Part shown: positions 29,683-38,764 of the stretch, piece by piece
Position numbering within the stretch: the first letter of the stretch is position 1
Layout of the letters: every line of letters begins with the position of its first letter
NCBI GenBank assembly: GCA_040383345.1
Contig: JBEIDU010000005.1
Location: 1,196-65,195, forward strand
Source: Chitinophagales bacterium
Lineage (GTDB): Bacteria > Bacteroidota > Bacteroidia > Chitinophagales > JADJOU01
DNA: 64,000 nucleotides
Direction of reading: 5' to 3'
Program-made: the position numbers and the translations under genes
The notes under the pieces: generated by a model
Databases searched by the model: none
Seen by the model: only the letters and a program-made list of their open reading frames with translations
What the model was told of the DNA's origin: nothing

Positions 29683-29737
29683 AAAATCCTCAACAAGCCG
29701 TAAAGCAAGCTATTGAGACAATATTGGGGAGGTTGTA
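29683..29737 (+). repeat. 55-bp direct repeat, copy 2 (orphan fragment of the phosphorylase 3' end, followed by TAA)
   Basis: Identical to 22651-22705. The next base differs (TAG stop in copy 1, TAA here), and the flanks on both sides are unrelated. Confidence 0.95.
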
Positions 29738-29792
29738 AGGGGGGCATATTTCTAATTTGTATGTTAGAGCTGTGATTACATTTAAAGTAATT

Positions 29793-30836
29793 TTAATACC
29801 AAATATAAGGACAAAAATTTGGCTCGCCTTTCGTGGGTTGGTCTTTGGATTTGATTAAATATCCTATAGAAAGTTCGAGTCCCCCATAGTTTGATGAAGC
29901 TATACTGAGAGGCGATGAATTAAAGTCGTAGCTGAGCTGAGCCGTAAATACATTTTTTTCATAGTGAAACCAAGGTATCCAAGCATCTCCAATTCTATGG
30001 CTCATTCCAAAAGTTATACTGGATTTTTCATCGTCAGATCCTTTTGCCAAATCTAATTTTGCTCCTAGTCCCATTACCCATTCATTTTTATTGTCTTGCC
30101 ATTGATAAAAGGATAATGGCATCAAGGCTATATTTTTCCATATAACAAAATCTGCACTAGCATAGAGATTAAATTTTCGTTGAAGCAATGCGTTAGAAGA
30201 TTTATTGAGGAAATTTTGGTTGGTTTGATTCAAATGCTGGATAGAAAAACCAACATTAAAAATTTGATCTTCTCTAAAAACTTGATTATAATTCAAACCT
30301 ATACCAAAATCAAAAAAACTCAATTGGGTTCGGTCAAATTGTTCATTGATGGGAATATTGGGGTCAAAATAATCGCCATTAAATTGGTTGTCAAATCGAA
30401 GCTTATTGGGATCATATGATCGTTGAGTGAAGTTTACTTGAGCTCCAAGACTCAGGGAAGCAGGGTTTCGACCACCAAATGTATAATGATATGCTGGACT
30501 AAAAGAGGCTACCGTAGTAGTATATTTTCCATCGCCAGCTCTATCAGATACTATTTGAGCCCCAAAACCTACGCGATCTCTTGAGGTTTCAAACGTTAAA
30601 TTATAATCTGCACTTAAACTGATAGAATTGTAAGGTACAGGAATGGCTTGCCATTGATTGCGAAAATTAGCCATGACCCGGATTTGTCCTTCAAAAGCAC
30701 CCGATAAGGCAGGATTGAGGAATAAAGGAGTTCTATTAAATTGAGAAAAATGTAGATCTTGGGCGATACATTTTGTATCAAAAATAAAATGAGTTATTGA
30801 TATAATTACCATAAAAAAGCGCTTTTTCAAGTCCAT
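29793..30836 (-). CDS. PorP/SprF-family type IX secretion system membrane protein (second copy)
   Basis: AQDLHFSQFNRTPLFLNPALSGAF N-terminal signature. 347 aa. It starts 6 nt after the upstream type-B cargo gene. Confidence 0.8.
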   Translation of the reverse strand: MDLKKRFFMVIISITHFIFDTKCIAQDLHFSQFNRTPLFLNPALSGAFEGQIRVMANFRNQWQAIPVPYNSISLSADYNLTFETSRDRVGFGAQIVSDRAGDGKYTTTVASFSPAYHYTFGGRNPASLSLGAQVNFTQRSYDPNKLRFDNQFNGDYFDPNIPINEQFDRTQLSFFDFGIGLNYNQVFREDQIFNVGFSIQHLNQTNQNFLNKSSNALLQRKFNLYASADFVIWKNIALMPLSFYQWQDNKNEWVMGLGAKLDLAKGSDDEKSSITFGMSHRIGDAWIPWFHYEKNVFTAQLSYDFNSSPLSIASSNYGGLELSIGYLIKSKDQPTKGEPNFCPYIWY

Positions 30837-30842
30837 GCTCCC

Positions 30843-33800
30843 TTATTTTAATAACGTAATATTACCTGATTTTTTGAGTCTTGCCCCACCAATGCATTCT
30901 ACATCAAGATAGTATGCATATACAGTAGGTTCAAGAAGGATTCCTTTGTAGGTGCCATCCCATCCTTTTTTTTGAGTATTGGACTCAAAAATTAATTGCC
31001 CCCATCGGTCATATACTGCAAAATACATTTTTAAAATATTATTGCCGCGAACATACAAGGCATCATTTTTTCCATCTCCATTGGGAGTGAAAGCATTGGG
31101 TACATATACTTCTGGGTCATCACATATTTCAAAAAAAACTTCTACTTCGGCGGTATCTGATTTTTTACATCCATTTCGATCTTTTACTATTACTTCATAT
31201 ATTGTATTTACGATTGGTTTTGCCCAAGGGCTGGGAACTATAAACTTGTCCAGTGATTCTTTGGGCGACCATACAAAATCAACTCCATTTTGTGCTTTTG
31301 CAAGCAGTCTTGAAGAATCTCCAAATTCAATTCTAACGGGTGTGGCTGAAGCCTCTAAATCTTCCAATAAGCGACTATAATCAATAGTAATAGTGTCAAA
31401 ATATTTACATTTATTGGATGGGGCTACAGAAATTTCACAACGATATAGTAATTTATCCTGCAATACATATCGAACCAACGTGTCTCGGTTTTCGATCCAG
31501 TTTGTGGGATTCCATGAATATTTATAATTCGGATTGAATGTAGCTTTGATGGAAAATGTATCTAATCTACAAATAATTGGATTAGCAGAAAGTTTTACGA
31601 AATTCGTATCTTTTTTGATAAATATACTATCGGAGACGCTACATCCCCTCGCCAGTGATCCTGTAACAACGAATAAAGTATTTGAATTGATAAATCCTCT
31701 AATCTTACTTGTTCCAATGCCACTTATTATTGGAATTGTGGGAGTCCAATTATATTGAACATTTGGTAGATAATTTGTTTCTATTTCAATACTATCAAAT
31801 TTACAACTCAATGTGTCGATAGTTTTGATAAAAAAGGTATTGGGTTCTAATACATTAATAAAAATAGAATCCATTAGTTTACAATTATTTGTATCTATCA
31901 CTTCAACAAAAATAGTAGATCCTTTTTGTAATTTGGCGAGCGCCAAAGCTCCTACTCCATTGACAATTAATGGTGCGGGAGTCCATGTATAAATGGCTCC
32001 TGGAATAGGTGTGGCATTAATAGACACCGTATCATTGATACATATTATGGAATCCGCTTTTACTTTCATTAAGTCTTTTGTAATAGATACTTTTTGAAAA
32101 AAAGTATCTATACAGCTTCCTTTTGTGACGATAGCTTTATAGACAGTGGTAGACAAAGGAGTGGCATAGGGTGCTAAGATATTGGGGTCGTCAATGGTAT
32201 TTGAAGGCGTCCAGCTTATTGATATGGAAGGGTCTGTCACATTTGGAAAGCCAATTCGAACTGAATTGCCTGGACAGACGGTTTTTTCGGGTAATGAGGT
32301 AGATGAATATCCCAAAACTAATACAGGTTTGATAATTGTATCGGTGTTATTGCAGGAATTTGGATCTTTAATGATGAGTCTTACATTATAAATTCCTGGA
32401 GAATTATAAAATGTCGTTGGGCTCTTTAATGAAGAAGTATTTCCATTATCAAAATCCCATTGGTAGGTAACATTAGTACCAACTGTATGACTCAAATCTG
32501 TGAATTGAATATTGCCAGGAGCACAATTTGTAGCCGAAGAGAAATTGGCTTTTACAGGTAATCCAAAATCAAATTTTAGAACACCAAGATTACAATTGGG
32601 GCTTTGATTGGTTCCTGAAACGACTGCCGAAGCACTCGGAAAAATAGGATAGTTGCTCTGTCCACCACATCCAGCACATACAGCATGATAAATTATGCCA
32701 TTTTTATCAAAACGACTCGTCCCACCATCTACATGTTCATCAGATAATGCGGTTGTGCCTCCAAAAAAAGAACCATAAAACAATTGACTTAAATCGCCCT
32801 CTAAGATCATCATATAAAATCCATTTCCTAGTGTAGCACTTTGATAGGCATTGGCTGTTATTGGAAGCCCGGCAACAGATAATTGGTATGTGTTAAAACC
32901 ACTAAGATTGCTTCCCCATCCCGTAATAAAAATTTTATCACAATAATCAACTAAAAAGGCTGTAGGTGATATGTCTGGAAATCGATCATTGTCCCCAAAC
33001 ATTGTGGAGCGAAGCCGCGAAGTGTATGTAGCATTGAAAATAGATACAAATTGACCGCTGTTTGATTGTCCAAATGTTGCATTTGAAGAATAAAAATTTC
33101 CAGTACCAATATCGGACTGACCAAAAACATGAATTTCATCTTTATTGTTGAGTTCTACAAAATAGATTTGATCATATTCAGAAGTGCCATAATATCCGGA
33201 AAAACGCAATAATGATAAATTATTACTTAAAGAAGAAATGATGCCATCTACACCTCCACTATTGGCAGTAGCATATACGCCAGGGGTATTTGGGTAGTTA
33301 GAAGAATTAGAGCCTCCTGCTACTACAATGTTTTTGTTTTTATCAAAAGCCATGTCATACAAAGCGTCATCACCGGCTCCTCCTATATGACTAAATGATA
33401 AAAGATTGGATAAATTAGTATTAAATTTAGCAATAATTCCATCAAATCCACCTGCATTTGTTTTGTATAGCGAGTTTGCTACTGAAGGTAAATTTGTGGA
33501 ATTGGATGTAGTAGCAATATAAATATGATCATTAGAATCAACTAATACTTCGCCACGAAGGCAATCGCCATAGTTGACAATTAATGATGCTGCTGTACCT
33601 ACACCATCTGTTCCGGAGCCTCCAAAAAAGCTAGAGCCAATCAATGCATTTCCATTACTATTGAATTTTGTAATAACTATATCGGCACCATTTGGATATT
33701 CAATGCCTAATCCTAAAAAAAAATTAAATAAACTCATACTGAGTGCATTGCCACCATTAAATGAGTTGTCAAAAGCATTTGATGTGGTTGGGTAATTAGG

Positions 33801-34817
33801 AGAACTCGTTGTGCCAAGCAAAATCAATCTACCGTTTTGATCTACAATCAAACTATGTGGCACATCATAGCTATTACCACCAATGTATGTAGAATAAATT
33901 CTGGCGGAGCCAGTAGCATTAAATTTTGTAATAGCAATATCGGTTTGTCCTGCAAAAGTACTTTGAAAGGCTCCCAGTGTAGTGGGATATCCCGTTCCAA
34001 AAACTAATCCTGAACCATATAAGTTTCCAAAAAAATCATAGGTAGCAGTAGCGCCAAAATTATCAGCTGTAGAACCACTATAGGTGCTGAATATGATTTC
34101 AGGGTCTATTTCTAGTATTTCATTTTCTTTGAGCTCATAATTGTTTACTTCAAATGATACTTGATTCTTTTCTAGCTTAAAATTTGAAGGTATAGAAAAT
34201 TTGTTTTCTTTTGATATTATATAACTCAATGGTTTTAAATCGGTACTATAGCCAAGCGCCGTTCTTGATAATATATTACCTGCTTTGTCTTTTTCTATAG
34301 ATTCCAATCCATTGTACTCAATTTTTATATCTTTCAATCGAGCACCCTTTTTAAGAAAAAAGCTATATTTAGGACGGCCTTGAAAAGATGTTACTTTTAA
34401 ATCTATATTGGGATAAATATTGATATAAAAAATTTCACTAAAGGCTTTACAATCTCCTCGCCATTTTGAAGAGTCATTGCCAATAAAATAATTGTAATAA
34501 TTTGAAAAAATCCCACTAGACTTAATTTTGACATTTGGATTTGTATTCAAAAATGTCATATTGAACGCATGCGATTTATATATTTTGTCTATTGGATCTG
34601 GATTTCTTACGTGTGTTTTTCGAGATTCATGTATACTAAAGGTCATTTTGTCTTTTTCAAGAAACATGGCACCTCCAGTGATATCTGCTTTGTATAATAT
34701 GTTCTTATCCCATTGACCTTTGTTTTCAATAAATTCCAATCCATTAGGATTGTGAGCCAAAATTGGGACGCATATATTGCTGATTAAAAAGAGGAAAATA
34801 TATTTTGTCAATTTCAT
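30843..34817 (-). CDS. large T9SS type-B cargo: N-terminal domain, SBBP beta-propeller repeats, PKD domain, Ig-like repeats, gliding-motility-associated C-terminal domain
   Basis: SBBP-like YSTYIGGNSYDVPHSLIVD and FSHIGGAGDDALYDMAFD. PKD-like YQWDFDNGNTS...GIYNVRLIIKD. C-terminus VPNAFTPNGDGKNDALYVRG...YDRWGQLIFES...GWDGTYKG. Confidence 0.85.
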   Translation of the reverse strand: MKLTKYIFLFLISNICVPILAHNPNGLEFIENKGQWDKNILYKADITGGAMFLEKDKMTFSIHESRKTHVRNPDPIDKIYKSHAFNMTFLNTNPNVKIKSSGIFSNYYNYFIGNDSSKWRGDCKAFSEIFYINIYPNIDLKVTSFQGRPKYSFFLKKGARLKDIKIEYNGLESIEKDKAGNILSRTALGYSTDLKPLSYIISKENKFSIPSNFKLEKNQVSFEVNNYELKENEILEIDPEIIFSTYSGSTADNFGATATYDFFGNLYGSGLVFGTGYPTTLGAFQSTFAGQTDIAITKFNATGSARIYSTYIGGNSYDVPHSLIVDQNGRLILLGTTSSPNYPTTSNAFDNSFNGGNALSMSLFNFFLGLGIEYPNGADIVITKFNSNGNALIGSSFFGGSGTDGVGTAASLIVNYGDCLRGEVLVDSNDHIYIATTSNSTNLPSVANSLYKTNAGGFDGIIAKFNTNLSNLLSFSHIGGAGDDALYDMAFDKNKNIVVAGGSNSSNYPNTPGVYATANSGGVDGIISSLSNNLSLLRFSGYYGTSEYDQIYFVELNNKDEIHVFGQSDIGTGNFYSSNATFGQSNSGQFVSIFNATYTSRLRSTMFGDNDRFPDISPTAFLVDYCDKIFITGWGSNLSGFNTYQLSVAGLPITANAYQSATLGNGFYMMILEGDLSQLFYGSFFGGTTALSDEHVDGGTSRFDKNGIIYHAVCAGCGGQSNYPIFPSASAVVSGTNQSPNCNLGVLKFDFGLPVKANFSSATNCAPGNIQFTDLSHTVGTNVTYQWDFDNGNTSSLKSPTTFYNSPGIYNVRLIIKDPNSCNNTDTIIKPVLVLGYSSTSLPEKTVCPGNSVRIGFPNVTDPSISISWTPSNTIDDPNILAPYATPLSTTVYKAIVTKGSCIDTFFQKVSITKDLMKVKADSIICINDTVSINATPIPGAIYTWTPAPLIVNGVGALALAKLQKGSTIFVEVIDTNNCKLMDSIFINVLEPNTFFIKTIDTLSCKFDSIEIETNYLPNVQYNWTPTIPIISGIGTSKIRGFINSNTLFVVTGSLARGCSVSDSIFIKKDTNFVKLSANPIICRLDTFSIKATFNPNYKYSWNPTNWIENRDTLVRYVLQDKLLYRCEISVAPSNKCKYFDTITIDYSRLLEDLEASATPVRIEFGDSSRLLAKAQNGVDFVWSPKESLDKFIVPSPWAKPIVNTIYEVIVKDRNGCKKSDTAEVEVFFEICDDPEVYVPNAFTPNGDGKNDALYVRGNNILKMYFAVYDRWGQLIFESNTQKKGWDGTYKGILLEPTVYAYYLDVECIGGARLKKSGNITLLK

Positions 34818-34828
34818 AAAAAACTGGA

Positions 34829-34836
34829 CAAATATA
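34829..34836 (-). promoter_or_regulatory. -7 box TATATTTG on the minus strand
   Basis: The plus strand reads CAAATATA, 11 nt upstream of the ATG at 34817. This implies a very short leader. Confidence 0.35.
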
Positions 34837-34887
34837 GGGCTAATTTACCGATTCTGCAATAATAAATTATATTGAAAAGATTATTTG

Positions 34888-34895
34888 TACCTTTG
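34888..34895 (+). promoter_or_regulatory. -7 box TACCTTTG
   Basis: Exact TAnnTTTG match, 28 nt upstream of the slyD ATG. Confidence 0.45.
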
Positions 34896-34923
34896 CAAAA
34901 TTCAAAAATAATAAATTAAAAAA

Positions 34924-35439
34924 ATGGAATTAAAAAATCAAATGGTTTGTAGTGTGGACTATAAATTACAAATTGAAGAAAATGGCGCAATGGTAATGGT
35001 AGATCAAACTACTTCGGACGCACCACTTACTTTTTTGATGGGAGCAGGTCAATTATTGCCTCAATTTGAATCAAACTTAATTGGGAAAAGAGTAGGGGAA
35101 GTTGTTTCTTTTAAAATTGATGCTGAAAATGGATATGGTCTTTCAAATCAGGAAGATATTGTAGCTATACCTGCTGAAAATTTTTTGCATCCTGAAACAG
35201 GTGCATTTGATGAAGAAATTGTAAAAGTAGGTGAATTTATTCCATTGCAAGATCAAGATGGAAATCAATTTAATGGAAAAGTAATAAGTATCAATGAAGG
35301 TATGGTTACGATTGATTTTAATCATCCTTTGGCTAATAAAGAATTAAATTTTGAAGTTACGGTTTTAGATATAAGAGAGGCATCTGCTGAGGAGATAGCT
35401 CACGGACATGCTCATGGCTTAGGAGGCCATCACCACTAG
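34924..35439 (+). CDS. slyD: FKBP-type peptidyl-prolyl isomerase SlyD with His-rich tail
   Basis: FKBP core with an insert-in-flap region. The C-terminus is EEIAHGHAHGLGGHHH. Confidence 0.8.
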   Translation: MELKNQMVCSVDYKLQIEENGAMVMVDQTTSDAPLTFLMGAGQLLPQFESNLIGKRVGEVVSFKIDAENGYGLSNQEDIVAIPAENFLHPETGAFDEEIVKVGEFIPLQDQDGNQFNGKVISINEGMVTIDFNHPLANKELNFEVTVLDIREASAEEIAHGHAHGLGGHHH

Positions 35440-35467
35440 TTTTTAGTCTTTGAGATACATACACGAC

Positions 35468-35498
35468 TCCCTTGATATTATCAGGGGATTTTTTTTTT
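35468..35498 (+). terminator. rho-independent terminator after slyD
   Basis: The hairpin tcccttgat-att-atcagggga has a 9-bp stem including one G-U pair. It is followed by T10. Confidence 0.75.
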
Positions 35499-35499
35499 G

Positions 35500-37812
35500 C
35501 TAGAATGGATAGCCTACCGCAATATTAAATACCAAATTTTGTCTTTGCCAGTCTGAGTTAAAGGGCTTAGCTTCTTGTATAATCCAGGAATCTTCTCCAT
35601 CTTTGTATGGCACTCTTATAGGGAATCCTAGGTCCATTCGTATTGCAAAATAATCAAAGTCAAATCGAAGTCCAAAACCACCTCCAATATAAAATTGTTT
35701 ATAAAATTCACCTATTTGAAAATTCTTTTGGTCATCGGTGTTGAATTCATTTTTGGTAAGCCAAATATTACCCATATCAGTGAATAAAGCCCCTTTAAAC
35801 ATTTTAATAATATTGAATCGATATTCAAGATTTCCTTCCAATAATAAATTTCCTGTTTGATCTTTGATGTTTTGTTTGGTTACATCAAATGATCCAGGGC
35901 CAATCTGTCTTAGTGGAAATGCTCTTATACTGTATGGACCACCAAGGAAAAATTGTTTAATATAGGGGAGTGATGTTGAATTTCCATATGAAAAAGCTGC
36001 ACCCATTTTAAGTCGAGTATGCATAGCTGTTTGTTTATTAAATTTATGCGAATACACCATTTCTGATAGAAATTTTACATATTGACTTACTACAACATTG
36101 TTGAAATTGACAGTATTTTCTTTTTCATCGCTAAAAATTCTGTCCGCAAGATAGGGGAAATTTCCAGCGGTTTCGGCATTGAACTTATATCCAAAGTTGT
36201 CTTTTTTGTTTTTTGAAGTATTAAAATAAGAAAATTGATAATTGGATCCTAAAATTAAAGCATCATCAAAAGAAGCTTTTAAATATGGGTTTTGATCCAA
36301 AATATTGGCGAAAGCAGCTTTTACAGATCCAGGCGGCAAGTATATATAGCTCAGTGCTAGAGGATTGTAAAAATGTCTTATTTTTGGATTTTTTGACCAT
36401 TCATAACCAAAGCTAAGCGTCATATTGTGCAAGTCATAGTAGTTGATCCTTTTTTCATAGGTGTATTTTGAGAAGAAGTTTGTTTTGTAGATATAAAGAT
36501 TTTCTTTGTGTATATGAAATGGAATCATCAATTTTTCTATCGTATAGTTTGTGGTAAGAGAGATATCGCTTCTAGAAATAATTCCTTGATTGTTGTTTAA
36601 TGCACTTTCGTCCAGAGAAAAATTAAGTTCTAATCCTCCCGAAATTGCAATATTTAATCTATCAGCTCTTTTTGTAAGGTTTCTATTGTTATAAATCAGG
36701 GATAGTGAATTTCCCAATAGTCCTTGTGAACTATTATATGCATAAAATCCTGTAGAAAAAAATTGTTTTTTAAATGGACTTAATGAATAAAGAGCATTGA
36801 TGTGATTTATTTTATTTGGATTTATTGAAAAATTTGAGTTTATTAATTTGAAATTATTTAAATCGGTAAGCCTTTGTAAAGTGCGATTTGCATTTTCTTT
36901 TGAATAAAAAGAATCCTTATTTAGCTCAAAAAAAGAAGTCATGAAATTTTCATTGTATAAGATTTTTCTAGGCTGAATAAAAGTAATATTTTTTATTTTT
37001 TTGATATTTTCATTTGAAATTTTATCATTTTCATTTTCTAAAATCAATACATAGATAGAATCCAATTTATATTTTTTAAAATCAGAAGTATCGGTTTCTT
37101 TTTGGATTTTTATATAAATATCCAATTGATTTGTATTTTGAAATGTATCTATTTTGAATAAAATAAACTCTTTATTAAAAAAATAATATCCTTTGTTGTT
37201 TAGTGTTTCTGTAATTCGTTGTCTTTCATTTTTTAATGTTTCAATATTAAAACTTTCGCCTTTCGAAATCAGAGAGTTCTCTTTTGTATTGAATATTATT
37301 TTCTCAATAGCTGTTGAGCTATCAAAAAATACATTTCTATACGTAAAAACTTTTTGAGGTTCAACAATAAAATCAATGGTTGTAATTTTATTTTTAGTAG
37401 ATACAGTCGCATCTACCTTATTGTTAAAGTGTCCAATATTTGAGTAATAATTTTGAAACCGATTTATGCTTTGAATTAATTTGGTGGAATCAAATAAAAC
37501 AGGCTCTGCACCCACTTTTGTTTTCATAAATTGGGTGAATTTTGTTACTTTTTTATTGGAATAAAAAGCCCAAATATTTAAGGATAACGGCCAAAAATTT
37601 AAAATGCGTTTGTTGGGTTTTTGGATGGGTATAGTCAATAAATCATCTTTGTAAAAAAAGTCATTGATTAAATCTTTTTCCACTCCTTTAATTGCTAAAT
37701 TATTAGCGCGTAAAAGACTCTGATTTTCAGGAATATGTTTACTTATTCCACAAGATTGGAGCAAGAGAATGGATATCCCTATCAAAAAAAAAATATGTAT
37801 TTTTGTATTCAA
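35500..37812 (-). CDS. BamA/TamA (Omp85, surface antigen D15) family outer membrane protein
   Basis: Lipobox-like LLQSCG. The C-terminal beta-barrel has LGGPYSIRAFP and LEYRF motifs, and the terminal residue is F. Confidence 0.7.
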   Translation of the reverse strand: MNTKIHIFFLIGISILLLQSCGISKHIPENQSLLRANNLAIKGVEKDLINDFFYKDDLLTIPIQKPNKRILNFWPLSLNIWAFYSNKKVTKFTQFMKTKVGAEPVLFDSTKLIQSINRFQNYYSNIGHFNNKVDATVSTKNKITTIDFIVEPQKVFTYRNVFFDSSTAIEKIIFNTKENSLISKGESFNIETLKNERQRITETLNNKGYYFFNKEFILFKIDTFQNTNQLDIYIKIQKETDTSDFKKYKLDSIYVLILENENDKISNENIKKIKNITFIQPRKILYNENFMTSFFELNKDSFYSKENANRTLQRLTDLNNFKLINSNFSINPNKINHINALYSLSPFKKQFFSTGFYAYNSSQGLLGNSLSLIYNNRNLTKRADRLNIAISGGLELNFSLDESALNNNQGIISRSDISLTTNYTIEKLMIPFHIHKENLYIYKTNFFSKYTYEKRINYYDLHNMTLSFGYEWSKNPKIRHFYNPLALSYIYLPPGSVKAAFANILDQNPYLKASFDDALILGSNYQFSYFNTSKNKKDNFGYKFNAETAGNFPYLADRIFSDEKENTVNFNNVVVSQYVKFLSEMVYSHKFNKQTAMHTRLKMGAAFSYGNSTSLPYIKQFFLGGPYSIRAFPLRQIGPGSFDVTKQNIKDQTGNLLLEGNLEYRFNIIKMFKGALFTDMGNIWLTKNEFNTDDQKNFQIGEFYKQFYIGGGFGLRFDFDYFAIRMDLGFPIRVPYKDGEDSWIIQEAKPFNSDWQRQNLVFNIAVGYPF

Positions 37813-37824
37813 ATTTTTTAAATC

Positions 37825-38562
37825 TTGGCCACAAATTTACAAATAAAATTTATTAAAAGTCTACATCTTAAAAAAAACAGAGAAGAAAATAAGCTTTTTC
37901 TTTGTGAAGGGGCCAAAATCGTTGGTGAATTGATGAGTCAAAATACTTTTACTATTAAAGAAATTTATGCACAAAAACAATGGATGGATCAAAATCCTAT
38001 CAATTCAATAACCGTAATAGAAGTATCACCAAAACAAATGGAACAATTATCTACGCTAAAAACACCTTCTGAAGTATTAGCAGTAGTTCATTTCCCAAAA
38101 ACACTCTCTTTTAAAAAAGAATGGCTTACGCTCTATTTGGATGAAATAAAGGATCCCGGGAATCTAGGAACTATAATACGAACTGCCGAATGGTATGGCA
38201 TCAAAAGTATAGTGTTGTCTCCAAATTGTGTAGAATGGTATAGCCCCAAAGTAGTCCAGGCAACAATGGGTTCAATTTTTCGAGTGTATCCATTCTATGA
38301 AAAATTAGATGATTTTATTGAGAAAAATGCTTTCTCCAATATTTATGGGGCCTATTTAGAAGGAAATTCACTTTATAATGAGCCTTTTACAAAAAACTCA
38401 TTGCTTGTCATCGGAAGTGAATCACATGGGATTCATCCATCCCATTTTGAGTTAATCAATAAAAAAATTACGATACCTTCTTTTGGCAATGCAGAGTCTT
38501 TAAATGCTTCAATTGCCACATCTATTATTGTAGATAATTTTAAACGAATGACTATTCAGTGA
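37825..38562 (+). CDS. TrmH/SpoU-family RNA 2'-O-methyltransferase
   Basis: LDEIKDPGNLGTIIRTAEWYG, LLVIGSESHG and ESLNASIATSI are the SpoU motifs. The TTG start lies 12 nt from the divergent BamA-like ATG. Confidence 0.8.
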   Translation: MATNLQIKFIKSLHLKKNREENKLFLCEGAKIVGELMSQNTFTIKEIYAQKQWMDQNPINSITVIEVSPKQMEQLSTLKTPSEVLAVVHFPKTLSFKKEWLTLYLDEIKDPGNLGTIIRTAEWYGIKSIVLSPNCVEWYSPKVVQATMGSIFRVYPFYEKLDDFIEKNAFSNIYGAYLEGNSLYNEPFTKNSLLVIGSESHGIHPSHFELINKKITIPSFGNAESLNASIATSIIVDNFKRMTIQ

Positions 38563-38764
38563 TTTCTTCAATGCTATATTTCGTATCGTATGCAATTTTT
38601 TCTTGTATTGAATGTTTAGGAATTCCAGTTTTAGAAACGATGATTATTTCAGTAAACTCACTGTTGATAATTACATTTAATACATTTGGTATTTCTTTTA
38701 TTTTTTCTTCAATTTCAGTCCTACATCCGTTACAAGTAATTCCTATAAAATGATATCTAGAAAT
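38552..38764 (-). CDS. heavy-metal-associated (HMA, CopZ-like) domain ORF without a canonical start codon
   Basis: Hand translation gives (I)SRYHFIGITCNGCRTEIEEKIKEIPNVLNVIINSEFTEIIIVSKTGIPKHSIQEKIAYDTKYSIEEITE*. It has the G(M/I)TCxxC metal-binding loop and a beta-alpha-beta-beta-alpha-beta length. The frame is open from 38797. There is no in-frame ATG, GTG or TTG, and ATT at 38764 is the best-placed codon. Confidence 0.55.
   Translation of the reverse strand: MSRYHFIGITCNGCRTEIEEKIKEIPNVLNVIINSEFTEIIIVSKTGIPKHSIQEKIAYDTKYSIEEITE

Noticed and set aside
38559-38753. 64-aa plus-strand ORF after the TrmH-family gene
   Set aside because: It is antisense to the HMA-domain frame, which has a clear GITCNGC fold signature. 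The plus-strand product is featureless and hydrophobic.
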